The notes under the pieces were generated by a model that was given only the letters and a program-made list of their open reading frames with translations, did not search any database and was not told the DNA's origin. A DNA stretch of 63,811 nucleotides, counting the filler, from Octopus bimaculoides (lineage: Eukaryota), in the NCBI RefSeq assembly GCF_001194135.2. It is 7 parts of 6 records of this genome, joined end to end, with 100 filler letters (N's around TTAATTAATTAA, not from the genome) between each part and the next. Parts side by side here need not be neighbours in the genome. Positions count along the whole stretch, not along the records: positions 33,983 to 55,025 come from NC_068996.1; 6 more parts are not named here. One strand, 5' to 3'. Made by a program: the position numbers and the translations under genes. Shown one piece after another: positions 39,001-52,486 of this stretch (positions are counted from its first letter, which is position 1; each line of letters begins with the position of its first letter).

Positions 39001-40456
39001 GATCACCAACCAACATATATAATTACATTCGATAGAAGAAGGTTATTGTGAAACAGGTTAGCTCAGTCTGCTGACCTGAAAGTACTACAAAACTTTATTT
39101 CTCAGAAATTTCAAAACAAAAGATAGCGAATAATTTCCATAAATTCAGTGATACTACGAGAGTTGTCTGTATCAAGGGAGAGACGATGATGGTGGATTTA
39201 AATAAATTTTAATACAATGAGAGGGAGAGGACAAGAGAGAAGGAAAATATCTTCCTTAGACGAACGGTCAATCATATCAACTTTTTCGAAGTCACTGTCA
39301 CTACGTTTCTCGCATAAGTAATATACTATGGAAAAAAAGTTTTGAATAATACTTCATTTTTATGTAAAATTGTTTTTATTACTTATAACTCGTTATAAGT
39401 CGGTGAGCGGGCAGAATTGTTAGTGTTCCACACAAAATGCATAACAGCATTTCGTCTGGCTTCAAAATCTGTCGAAGTCGATTTCATCCTTTCCAGATCA
39501 GTAAAACAGGTATCAATTGTACATTGGGGATCGATGTTATCGACTAGTTCCCTCCCCACAAATTGTGCCCAAGGTGGTAGAAAGGATTTAGAAATACCAT
39601 TAAAAAAATCGTTTGGTCAGAAGAGAAGGTAGGACTCGTGACCCTTTGCAGTGTCCCACCAAACTTCTAGGTTGGCGGGAAGAAATAATCTTGAAACTGG
39701 TAACTTGAATGCTAGCAAAAGAATGGATGCTACTAATGGTACTGAAGGCATCAAATGATGGTATGTTGAGTACCATTACCGTGTGACGGGTCTCTACCCA
39801 AGCAGGCCATAGTGGGAATTAAACTGAGAACTCAACGAATAGGAACAAATTTGAATACGGTGGGAGGGAGAAGACGAGAGTATTCGATCCGACGTTTTTA
39901 CAGTCGCGTTGATCCAACACCTTGAATCGAAACTTTATTTTAATCGACCCTGAAAGAGTGAAAGGCGAAGCTGACCTCGGTGAGATTTGAACTCTGTTCG
40001 ACGTTCAAACATCAGCCAATTCGCAGCTGTTGAGTTCAAAGATGGGACAATCCTCGAATCTGAAGGAAGGACGTCGACGACAAGCTGTAGATGCGATTAA
40101 GAAGCTTACTTGGTAGTTATGTGGTTTTCAGCTCAGTTCCACTTGCCTTGGGCAAGTGTCTTCCATTATAGCCTCTGGCCGACCGATATTTTGAGTGAAT
40201 TTTGCAGATGGAAACTGTATGAAAGCCCGTCGTATGTGTCCCCTTTGACAACCAGTGTTGGTTTGCTTATGCCCTTGTAATTTGGCTTTTCGTAAGTATT
40301 TTAAAATCTGGTGGTAAGTACTGGGTTCAATTTAACTGGAGAGAACGAGTCACGATGATGAGTGTATTATAAGCATGGCCGGATGATGATAATCAATTTG
40401 TTCGATTAAATCCTTCAAGGCCACTGCCATAAGGGCAGTAGGAGCGATACTTTTAA

Positions 40457-40567
40457 AGGGGTGGCACTTTTTCATCCTGCTGTAGGCAATATGTGTTTTT
40501 TGTATAGTCCGAGGGAGGCAAACGGAAGGGCCGCCCCGAGCGGCACACACTTTAACTACGCTAGTGT
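40457..40567 (+). repeat. Unclassified ~115-bp GC-rich repeat, copy 1
   Basis: Aligns to the reverse complement of 48229-48346 (shared CTGCTGTAGGCAATATGTGTTTT, AACGGAAGG and GGCACACACT). Confidence 0.85.
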
Positions 40568-43500
40568 TCAAGGCGGTGCCCCAGGATGGTCGCAATCAAT
40601 TGACAGTGTGTGTGTGTGTGTGTGTGCACGTGATGGTTGTCCCGCCATTGGTGATTGACTTTAATGTCACCGGCCACATGCCTGCCATCCGGTCACCCAA
40701 CAATCACTTCATTTCCACCGAAAATTGTTTAAAAGCATTCCCAAAACCTGAAGCTACTTCTAAAAGCAGTTCATTTTATACAGAAAATTAAAAAAATAAC
40801 GAAATTGAAAGAGTCAGTCTTCAGAAGTTATATTTATTATTAGTGTTGTCAGGTGTAACCAAAGAGGCAGAGGATTAATGATTCCCGCCTCCAAACCCGT
40901 CATTACATGACCGAAAGAGGATGTAGAAAAACACACACACGCACACGCACGCACGCACGAACGGACACACACGCACGCACACTAAAAGGAGTGACCAAGG
41001 TATTTCCATTTTTTAAACGAAATCATCATCGAGAACCAGAGTCATATACGCGGTACATGATCTGCTAAAAATAGCAACCAAATCTCCTGCAAAACCACAA
41101 CTAATGATTTTATAAAAAAAAATGTAGTCCCAGAATAGACCTAGAATCACTAAAATGATGGAATACCCATAGTTGTAACACTTTTGATCAATGTTGATCT
41201 CGGACTGAGCAACAACTCGAGAGGAGAATGAAACAAAAGTTCGAAGAAGGTGAAGCGGCACAGTGAAGAGGGTAACAGTTCGAAACTTTATATAGGTTGG
41301 GCAAACTAGAGAGGAGGGGACGAAGGACGGACACAGTTTGGCTGGAATAAAAATGTGTTCTTCCCATAAATAACTGTACCACTTTTGTTTCCGACTGTCT
41401 CCTATGTGTTTGTGTTTACACGTGCGCCACAGAATATACCGAAAAAAACCCATCAAATATAAAGATTACATGACTGACAATACGGATGCGATTTTGTCAT
41501 AGTCTATTTTTACGTTGGCCTGTCAATTTGTATTGTCTGCCTAATTAGTAGCACTGCTACGTGGCCCTCGTTGGTAAATAAAGGGGAAATCCTAGTTATC
41601 CTAATTACTGCATATTAAAATAATAAAAACGACTGCTATAGAATATTCAAATCTAGAGCGAAAAGAACTAACAAACCAATGCCTCATACCATTATTGTAA
41701 GAAACAATAGAAAGTGTAATATTATGAAAAACGAATTCCATAATGAAACACATATTTAGTAACAGTTGGAGTATTTTGAATATGGAATAATAATGATTAG
41801 AAGAGGAGGAGGAGGAGCCAGGCAAACAGTGTTTTTGTTTCATACTGTTGCACATATACATCTTACCGATATATATATATATATATATATATTGTATATG
41901 GGTCACTTAATCTTTTAGATACAGTAAACTATGGACTGTTTAGAAACAAAAACTATAAACTGAGAAAGGGAGGAACGAGGTTTTCAAAGTTGCACGAATA
42001 ACGAGAGAGAGAGAGAAGCAAGGGGAAGACAGAGGAGAGAAAGAAGAGGGAAGGAGGGAGGAGAGAGAGGGAGAGAAGAAAAAGAATAGGAGGAGAAAGG
42101 AGAGAGAGAGAAAATATGAGGAGTGGCGGTGGTCGTGATGATGCTACACTTCTATTTTGGGTTTATGGTAAAAATCAAAAGAATTTAGTAGAATTTTAAT
42201 TTCATGAAATTGAATGGGGAAGGGAAAATACATATTTAGCAGTAACTAAAGTAATTAGATAGACAGATAGCTAAAAGAAATAGAAGTACCCCGACCCGCA
42301 CCAAAAAAAAAAAAAAAAAAAAAAAAAAACTGACTATGTAAGCAATATTTCTTTTTATTTATTTCGTGTGGTTAGAAAAAGTTTTTTTTCTTCTGCTGAT
42401 CTTGTTTATATCCCAGTCAACGTAGATGCTTTTTGGTTTGGTGAAGGAGAGAAGGGAAGAAGTACTTAATTCTTTTGAGATCTTGACAAATATATCCGGT
42501 ATCAGCAAAAAGCTAGCAACAATCTCTCAGTCAGAGCATGCATGTGTATATGTATGAGTGTGTGCACGCACACACATTTATATATATATATACATACACA
42601 TTTACATTGTAATGTACTAACTACACCATACTCTTAAGAAGTGATAATGGCAAGATGTTAATAATAATTTTCCTTGACTGTACTAGAACTGTTTTGTAAG
42701 GAAGAGCGCAGGTACCCGACAACCTGGTGAGATGAAAATGAGAATAAAAAAAATAGCACACGGCAGGTTTTGAACTTAGAAAGTAGATAACAAAGACGAA
42801 TCAACAATTCCTGCTGACAAAAATAATAACGATTTGTTACTTTTTTTTTTTGTGCTACAAGAACAACAGAAATATAATACATTAAGATACATTTAACTTT
42901 AAAGAAATCAAAGAACAGCGAGTTGACATTAGAAACATCAGAATACCTTAACTTGCATTCTACATTCCAGAGATGAAACTTCAACAGGAATGACTGTCAT
43001 TTATCTTCCCCACCCCGTTATAAAGTTACCTGTCATGTACCGGGGTCCTTCATTATAGGGTGAATCAACTACGATTATCTTTCTTGTAATAAATTATTGT
43101 CATTTTTCATTTTACTATGAGAGAACACACACAAAAAAGTGTTCTGTAATGAAATTCAAAGCACAGAATTAGCTAACAGAAAAGTGGTTAACAGAATAAA
43201 CGATGATGATGATGATGTATAAACTTTTTTATACATCTTAAAGGGTAATTTAAATGGCTATAAGGAGACTTATGAGGAGTAAACAACACGCACAAAAATT
43301 CCCTCACAAAAGTTACAAAATTTGGAGAGAAGCAAAGAGGATGTAGCGTCGTTCATGCCTATGGATGAATAACATGATAAATAAAAAGCATGATAGTATA
43401 AACAAAAGGCGCCTGTTGCCTTCATCACCCTCACAGCATCCTGACAGTTTTCACTTGAAGAATTTCTAATTCCGCTTCCTCACTTTCACTAAAAACAAAA

Positions 43501-43743
43501 CAAAAACATAACACCCCAAATCAAAAAGTTGTCAAAACTATGGCGTGAGGAATATAAACCTTTTACACCACACAGACCATTCATAATAGTTCCTGCATGA
43601 GTGGTTAGTATCATATTAAGAATATTCCTCTTAAAGTACTGGACATGGTAGAGTGAAGGCATTTGTCAGAAAAACTCATCTCTCAATCCATACATATGGG
43701 TATGTGAGTGTGTGTATACATACACACGTGTGCATCCATCCAT

Positions 43744-43801
<58 letters not shown>

Positions 43802-43974
43802 CGTGGTCAGTTGAGGGGGTTCACGTCAATCTTGGAGAAAGAGAAGTAAAACAAAATAGAAAAAAAACCTTTGCGAAATATCTGGCAGATGGAAATACGA
43901 TGGAGAGACAAGGAACAAGTGACCGGCAAAAATGGAAGAGACTCACTGTCCGATATTCCCGAGGATATTCTAAA

Positions 43975-44011
<37 letters not shown>

Positions 44012-44088
44012 TGTTTGATTTAAAATAAACAGAAATTAAATTACTAAGTTATTATTAAGTTAGCAAATAGAAAGTTTTAAAGTGTGTG

Positions 44089-44126
<38 letters not shown>

Positions 44127-44495
44127 GTTATAATTCCTAAATCTCTCTCTCATATATTTATATATATAAATGTTATAATTCCTAAATCTCTCTCATATAT
44201 ATATATATATATACATATATATATAAAACCTCACACACACACACACACACACACACAGACATGCATATATATATATATACATATATTCACACATGTATAT
44301 GCGTATTTAAGAGTATGTATACAATTATGTATATAATCAAACATATCAAGCAACAAAAAGAGAAAAAATAACAATCATGCAACGAAAACAGGGAAGCATT
44401 TTGTACATTGATTTCGACGAGAATCTTTTTTTAAAAATCATTGTTTATAATAAAAGATGAAGTTTAAGAAATAAGTTTGGTTGATGTTTACTTAC

Positions 44496-44698
44496 TCCAA
44501 AGCATCTAAGTCAGACTCGGTATGAGCAGCGGAACCGTTTAGATCAGCATCATTATAAAGAGTAGAAAAGTTGGCAATTGTTGTGCTCGACGTGACAGGT
44601 AGATTGGGGTTTGCCGGTTCCAAGAGTAAAGGGTCATTTAGGAACTGTTCTAAATTAGTAGAACTGCTGGGATACACGTCTTCTTCGAACTTGTCCAT
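44496..44698 (-). CDS. Probable first coding exon of an unidentified gene (MDKFEEDVYPSSSTNLEQFLNDPLLLEP...ESDLDAL)
   Basis: Non-repetitive, protein-like 67 codons plus 2 nt ending at a GA|GTAAGT donor; the ORF stop lies inside that donor. There is an in-frame upstream TGA and a pyrimidine-rich acceptor (...ataaaag|g) at about 44736. Confidence 0.55.
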
Positions 44699-46509
44699 CT
44701 CAAGAAAAAACCCATTAAAGTATCAGAGAATTAACCTTTTATAAATGGTTAATAGAAATAGAAAGAGAGAGTGGCGAGTGGGGAAAGATAAAGTGTGAGA
44801 GATATTAGTGCAATGTAGGAACCACCAAAGCTGGAGTTAGAAATATATTAAAGAAACGACTTTTATAAATAACTTTTGACAATACGTGTGTGTGTGTGTG
44901 TGTGAAATGTCGACACCAGTTAATGATAACACTCCGGTGAAATAGGTGTCGGCAACGGCGGTTTGTTACCAATAAAGTGACAGGGGAAGTTGACGAGGAG
45001 AAGAATGTGAAAAGTTCTGTGACTTTGGGAAAGAAATTTGTGGGAGACGAACGTCAGAATTGTTATTGTGATACTGTAAAGTTAGCACTACCCAAGCCCT
45101 ACTTTCGTACAAAAAAGAGAGAGAGTTGCACTTTACAGGATTCACTTCTTACACACATACACATACACATACACACAAGCGCATTTTATTTAATTTACGT
45201 TTTGATCACTAATAAAAAACAAAAAAAAAAGTGTACGCGCGCGCACCCACACACGCACGTTTATACACATATATACATATTCTGCGCCAAGGTTTTTGTT
45301 ACCTTGTTTCTTTCTCTCCTTTCACCATTATTAATACACACTTTTTTTTTAAACATTCATATCAGCAATAATAATAGGCAGCAGTTATGCACACACACAC
45401 TGATAAACGTATCTTTACGCAGATATACGGAAAATACAAACAAATGTAAGCAAGCCAATGAGAGGATTTCTATATGGTCACTGGATCTGCTAGAAACAAC
45501 AGCTAAAATTCTCACAACTCAAATCAGGGAAACGACCTCAAACAAAACAAAGATGCATTGCACAATATAGTCCCGGATATATAAAAGGGGATGGTCGTAT
45601 CTGCAGTTTTTTTTTTTTGATAAGTTTGCTTAATTGGAACTCATCTAGAGTAAAATATAAACTCAAATATTTATACACATTTGTGTATACGCGTGCGCAT
45701 AAATATATGCATGTGTATGATATATATGTTGGTACATATAAGATGAAGCGATGCATCTAGAGCAGCAGTACTCGCCTCTTTATTGCTTGTAGCTCACTGC
45801 CATTGGGTACCCCATGTGGCGAACCGAGAAGCAGCCTGATGCGAAAATCCTCTCAGCATATACACAAACTCTTGAGAGGCACCCCGCAGCCGTTAATGGT
45901 AAATCGATGCCTTGCGACTCCAGATTAACTTGCATACAGCGGCACAATGTGCAGGACTACCCTGGTGGATATGCCCTGGCATTGCCTTGTAGCTGAGTCC
46001 AGGAAGACAAAGACTAGAGGATTACACTGTGATAGAAGAAAACAAAAGCAATGATGGTCTTTCAGCGGTGTCTAACAACCTGGATTTATTTGGCAGCCTC
46101 TTGTGGCCGAGAGGAGGTACCAATCATTTTCCATTTACCTAGACACTGGGTCTATATATATTTCAAGGTAAACATAGTGATATTAGGAATTCTGCAACAT
46201 GAATTCTGGATCGCTAAAAAGCCTGACGGCGTAAAAAAGTTTGGTAACAGGAACAGTTCTGAGTATACGTAAGCTTCTAACCAGAACTCTGCACGTAAGG
46301 CGTACAGTGTAATGGCCATTAGTAGCTTATCTACGGATCTATGTGTGGAGAACCCTGTCTATAAATGTCGATGCTTAGCCCATTTGAGAAAGGGCCTAGA
46401 AAACGCGCTAAATATTGTTCGCTGGCATTTCTTCAGAGAGGAAGCTGTAAACTGCACGGACAGACCACATAATAGTTGAAAAACAACCAAACAAAACTTC
46501 CTTGTTCAT

Positions 46510-46820
46510 TATCCAACTGCTCTCGTAACCAGTGAGCTGAGACACTGTAGTGAGACCAGAGTAATTGGGAAAAAGGTTCTCTCAATGAAGTTAGCGAGGG
46601 TTAGACTTTATTCTGGCGGGGTTAACTCAAAGGTGAACATCACCAACATGGCATTGGCTTTGCTGTGAGAAATACTCTGTTGTCTAAACTGACTGCGACA
46701 CCACTTGGCATTTATCATGTGGCTAACTGCTGAGTGTCTATTATTTAAAAATCAAAACAATGACCATTTCTATCAGATATCGTCTTTTATACTCAACCAA
46801 ACCTAGCCACCCTGATGAGT
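46510..46820 (+). mobile_element. RTE-type LINE apurinic endonuclease remnant
   Basis: SETR-like motif, FWRG*LKGEHHQHGIGFAVRNTLLSKLTATPLGI, and a decayed YxPT...PDE. Confidence 0.7.
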
Positions 46821-47311
46821 AATATTACTTCCAAGTGTTAAGAAGGTGAGGATTTAGAGACTGAATACACGATGATGTTTAGAAAATCTTATCAGTGAAA
46901 GTTTGGAACACATTTTCTCTGATATGATGGATGCATCTCAAACCCAAATATTGATTCAAGTGAGTAGACCTCCTATTGTAGGAGCTCAGATGTTGTGTTT
47001 GTGTGCGATCCCCTTATGATGCTCAAATGTTACAAACAGGAAAAGACATAGCTGCTACGAGCTCCACAGTCCTCATATTGTAAGGACACTCATCACTCTC
47101 GCTGCCAAACTTAGAAGCTTCTGAGGAATTCGTCATCTTGGGAACTTGTACGGATGGCAAATGGTTTCTCTGTAAGTTCTGCAGTCAATGATAATGATGC
47201 TACCAAAACTGTCAGATTCAAGAAAGGAAAACACGAACACCAATTCGATGAGAAACCCAGAAAGAAATTGATGGAGTGTTATTTGACCAGTAAATATTGA
47301 GTGTGTGTGTG

Positions 47312-47368
<57 letters not shown>

Positions 47369-48228
47369 GAAAGAGAACGGATGGCTATGTCAACACTTTT
47401 GGTCAATTAGTTGTTAGAATCAAGTTTTACCCACATCACTATCTAAGAGATATCACTGCAAAAGCTCAAATTTTACATTTCTGCTGTTTTTTTTTTTAAT
47501 ATACAACACTGAACCTCTNNNNNNNNNNNNNNNNNNNNNNNNNNNNNNNNNNNNNNNNNNNNNNNNNNNNNNNNNNNNNNNNNNNNNNNNNNNNNNNNNN
47601 NNNNNNNNNNNNNNNNNNNNNNNNNNNNNNNNNNNNNNNNNNNNNNNNNNNNNNNNNNNNNNNNNNNNNNNNNNNNNNNNNNNNNNNNNNNNNNNNNNNN
47701 NNNNNNNNNNNNNNNNNNNNNNNNNNNNNNNNNNNNNNNNNNNNNNNNNNNNNNNNNNNNNNNNNNNNNNNNNNNNNNNNNNNNNNNNNNNNNNNNNNNN
47801 NNNNNNNNNNNNNNNNNNNNNNNNNNNNNNNNNNNNNNNNNNNNNNNNNNNNNNNNNNNNNNNNNNNNNNNNNNNNNNNNNNNNNNNNNNNNNNNNNNAG
47901 CAAGTTATGAGAACATCACCACCGCCTGGACTTCAAATGTCTCCAAGTGGAGTCTACTCTGATGAAAGTATTCAATTCTCCGGAGAGACGGTATCTTCCT
48001 CCGTTCTCCTGGCAATCTTGGAGGTACTGAAAACAGTCACGGGTCACTGCCAAAGCCGTAAATGAAATAAACAGAACATACAAGTTGAGATTGTTTTTTT
48101 TTTTTCTAGTTAGAGCAACTAGAAATAAATATTGACCGATTATCCCACGAACATACATGCGTAGATTTATGTGTTTAAGGTATGAGTGTAGAGGTGAATA
48201 TGTAGGGTGTGTGTGTGTGAGAGCGTAT

Positions 48229-48348
48229 GCACTAACGCAGCTAGAGTGTGTGCCACCCGGGGTGGGCCTTCCGTTGGCCGCCCGTGGACTCCACAGAAAA
48301 CACATATTGCCTACAGCAGACCCAAAAGTGCCGCTCGGGGCACTTTTG
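48229..48348 (-). repeat. Unclassified ~115-bp GC-rich repeat, copy 2, with terminal hairpin
   Basis: See copy 1; 10-bp stem CAAAAGTGCC/GGCACTTTTG at 48323-48348. Confidence 0.85.
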
Positions 48349-50704
48349 TGTGTGCGTGCGCGCGAATATGTAACCACAACCGAATATTTAAACGCGCTGT
48401 CCTAAGTTCTATCCCACTGCTTGGCAATGTGGACAAGTTGTCTTTTACAATTCTTTAGATACTTGTGTGGAAGCGTACCGGATGGATAGTGCCCATAATT
48501 CTAGGACCTAGCCTTGCCATTCATTGTTACCTTGATTAAGATGGAATTTAAAGATGCTTAATGTCCGTCAAATACTCACTGTACCTGTAATTCTAGGATT
48601 TAGCTTTATCAGATCGAAACACCCCGAATATTATATAAGAGATTAAAGGATATAAATATGTGCAATTTTAATCCATTTTCGCTGTAATTCAATTCAACAA
48701 ATCGATATTTATGCAGATCGAACATTGACTTACTCTTCGTCGATAGCGACGCGAGCGATCCAGCACGCACCTATGCACATGTATGTGCGTGTGAGTATGT
48801 GTGTGTGTGTGTGCGTGTCTGAGCGTGTGCATGTGTGTGAGTATGGGTGTGTGTGTGTGTGTAAGATGACGATGATTTCAGACTAACATGCCAACCAGCC
48901 AGCTTGTTCTTATCTCGTTTCCTACGTCTCATCAGATATCGGTTGCTTTCTTACTGTTCTCCAGAGAACAGCTGCTTCGGGATCATTGATTCGCTCATCT
49001 GCACTCGGTAACCCCCAACCCCACCAATTCCACCCATTTTTGTTGCCACTTGTTCACTTTATTTCCCACCACCACCACCACACACGCACATCTCCCATAT
49101 TACGGAAGCGTTGCGCTTCTGGTAATCTTGCCCTTTCGACTGTAATTTTTTTCACTTATTTGCCTTCGCGTACACTCACATTCATGCACACATATATACA
49201 CGCACAAGTACACCACACACACAACATATACACATTCATCTCATCCGCGTTACAGAGAAGCATTGCGCTCTTGAAAAATCTTCCTCTGACGTGAAGCTCG
49301 CTAAGACGAAATCTAATCATCGAATTCCAAGTTATAAAGAAATCAATGTGAGAATGTATTTCGCGTTACGGAGCATCTTATTAAAAAGAAAAAAATGAAT
49401 AAACGCAATACTTCTGTAACGTTGGGCTGCTGTACACGCGCCCGTGTGCGAAATATGTTTCAAAATATGGCAAAGATGTATTTTCCTTACAGTGATCTAC
49501 TTTCTCAATCATAAACATCCAGAGATGTATGTGTGGTTTATTGTCCAGTCTGTCTCCATTTAAATTGTTGCACCAAATCGACGCACCTGGCATACAAGTA
49601 TTACTCTGAAATATACCTGACTCAATCCTTATTTCGGAATGTGTATCATTAAACTTTAAAACAAATTAACACCCATATTGTCATGATTCTGCAAAAGAAC
49701 GCAATTGTTATAAAGAAAAATTTTTATTGATGAATTCTTCAACGACTTATACATGTAACTTACGGAACACAGAAAGTATGTTGGCGGAATATCACTCACC
49801 CTCGGTCCTTTTTTTCCCATTAGTCCATTATTTCGCTATCTATCTAATTCCGTATATCATTTTACACGCAAAATGTAATATTGAGAGGGATGGTATTCTT
49901 TCGATGTATCACCACAAAAAGTGGAAATGCCCGATGACGTGTCGAATAGCCCACCTCTCCGGTTTTTAATTTTTCTACAAAATTTCTTCGGAATCCTAGC
50001 CTTTTCCCCCCCAACCACAATTTTTTCTTTGGATGGGGAGCCTCCCCCACCCCACAAACACACATCAACTTAATAATATAAAGTAAAAGGATGGGTGATT
50101 CTACGATTAGAACTACGGATATTACGAGACAAAAAACAAGAAATAATTTATAATTTCAATCTTTTAAGTTTCACGATAATTTTCCGTTTCCAGTGAGCTT
50201 AATAGTTTATAGTGAATTTACCACCATTAGTAGGTGTGCCATGTACCCTTCTCAGTCTGAATATAGGCCAGAGAAACCGTCCCGTTTCCCCAGCCTACAG
50301 ACGTACTCAAAAATAATGCTATTGTTGTTTTAACTCCGGTCAATACTCTTCTGGCATTGTTATGACCAAAGACGTACCATCCGTGACAATACAGTTCTTT
50401 TATATTTGTGGTACTTCACATTTTTCACTGCGGTAGGGGAGTGATCTGAAGGAAAGTTGGATATTATTTGCAGCAAGTCTAGTGACTACATAAGAGGTCT
50501 CTTCATCGCCTTCCATTATTGTTTAGTCCCAGTTCGGCCCTGAATGAACAAGTGATCAAAAGCCATCTAATCATCGCTTTGTGTGTGTGCGTGCGTGCGT
50601 GCGTGCGCGAAGTGAGTTTTTTCGTACGTCAGAAATGGCGTTTGTGTATATATAAGGTGTGTATAATATGAGTGTGTGGTGTATATGAGGGATATGTGAA
50701 TGTG

Positions 50705-51016
50705 TGAAGCGTGGCTAAATGTTTAGGGTATATGACTCAAGATCATAAGGTCGTCGGTTCGATACCTGGCGGTGCGTTGTGTCCTTCAACAAGACACTTT
50801 ATTTTACGTTGCTCCAGTCCGCTCTGCTGGCAAAACTGAATTGTACCTGTATTTGAAAAGTCCAGCCTTGTCACACACACACTGTGCCGCGCTGGATCTC
50901 CTTGTGAACTATGTTAAGGGTGCACGTGTTTGTGGAGTACTCAAACACTTGCACGAGAAGGATGTTCCGGTCATCGGATCAGTTGGAACACTCATCGTCA
51001 TAACCGATGGAGTGCC
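50705..51016 (+). mobile_element. SINE family C variant
   Basis: tRNA-like head (GGTTCGATACC) plus the shared central domain. Confidence 0.8.
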
Positions 51017-51071
51017 GGCTGTGAGATGTCAGATGTCGGGTGTTATGTGTCTGTGTGGATGTTTGTGGGGT

Positions 51072-51103
<32 letters not shown>

Positions 51104-51110
51104 AACCGCG

Positions 51111-51161
<51 letters not shown>

Positions 51162-52486
51162 CAATAAAGATAAGAGAAATATGAGGAGAAAGTGAGAATG
51201 ATAACGAAAGAGAGAGGAGTGAGTGAAAGAAAGAGAAAAAGAGAGAGTACAAGAAAGACAGAAGCTAGAGATAGTGTGAGAAACAAAGGTAAAAGTGAGA
51301 GTGATAACGAAAGAGACAGAGCAAAGAGAGAGAGAGAGAGAGAGTGAAAGAAAGAGAAGCAATAAAGATAATGTGAGAAATATGGGGAGAAAGTGAGAAT
51401 GATAATGAAAGAAAGAGAAGAGAGAGAGAGAAGCTAGAGATAGTGTGAGAAACAGTGAGACTGATAATGAAAGAGACAGAGCAATGAGAGAGAGAGAGAG
51501 GGGGAGAGAACGAGTGAAGCTACAATTATGGTGAGAAAATCATTGCCATAGAGAAAGGAGGAGAAAAAGTGTCAGAATGACATGTCACGTGATTAAAGGA
51601 CAACGCAGCAGACGACATCAAACATCAAATAAGACAACAAAGGGATTTTGCAATTGTTATTTTGTCTGTCTGTCATATTTCTTCTTCTGCGATGTCATAT
51701 TTGTATTGTCATTTTGATGTACCAAAACTTAAATATACACAGAAAATATGAAAGAGAAAAGAGATGTTTGCCAGCAGTTGACAGGGCACGCAGTGACCCT
51801 CATAAATCGAGTGTGACTGAGTGGAGATCGAATAGGAGAAGCCTCTTTGGTGTCTAGAAATAGCAATCTATTTCCCTGAAGTCACTTTATTTAATGTCTC
51901 TAAATAAGTGGTGGATACCTAATAGACTGGGATATGTTGCTAAACAAATAAAATGTTGAGAAGGATTTAAAAAAAACAACTCTGACGTAATATTTGGCGA
52001 AGAATAATGGTTTATTTTATTGCGACAATAAAAAAAAAGCTCGATGAAAAATGTGAATACAGAAAGAGAAGAGTCAATATCTATGATTCCCATATATAAG
52101 CGATATAAAATGAAATGCATGTGACTGGGAATAGAAACCGACTGATTCCCCACTGTGCTGTAGAAACTTGTTAGGTCCTTGTTTCTTGTATTTTAATACA
52201 GTAAAGTAAGAAAGGATAGCGGTCACGGCTCCTTATTTTTTCAGGACCCCGAGACTGATGGGGAGGAAGGGAGAAAGTTATCCTCTAACCAGAGGAGACC
52301 CGGCCCATTTGCGACAGAGAACGCCTCTTACTCCTCTCCCAAAGAACCACGAGGTAGTGTCAAACTGGATGACGGTCAAAGTATTCCACTTGGGAATTCA
52401 AACGCAAAGAGCCAAAATAAATACGCTACCATCGTCCAGGATTGATATTTTATTTTATCGACACTCAAAAACGGTGAAAGGCAAAA

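Noticed and set aside
41263-41286. GTGAAGA...CGAAAC hammerhead-like spacing
   Set aside because: Core C3 is absent, stem II is weak and no stem I/III partners were found.
41013-41456. 147-aa minus-strand ORF
   Set aside because: No recognisable motif, includes codons from homopolymer runs, and no convincing splice or start context.
44977-45570. 197-aa plus-strand ORF
   Set aside because: GTG start, (CA)n-derived His/Thr stretches and poly-A lysines; it probably overlaps UTR or intron of the minus-strand exon.
46812-46828. CTGATGA followed by a GTAAT/ATTAC stem
   Set aside because: No GAAA follows, and it encodes P-D-E of the LINE endonuclease remnant.
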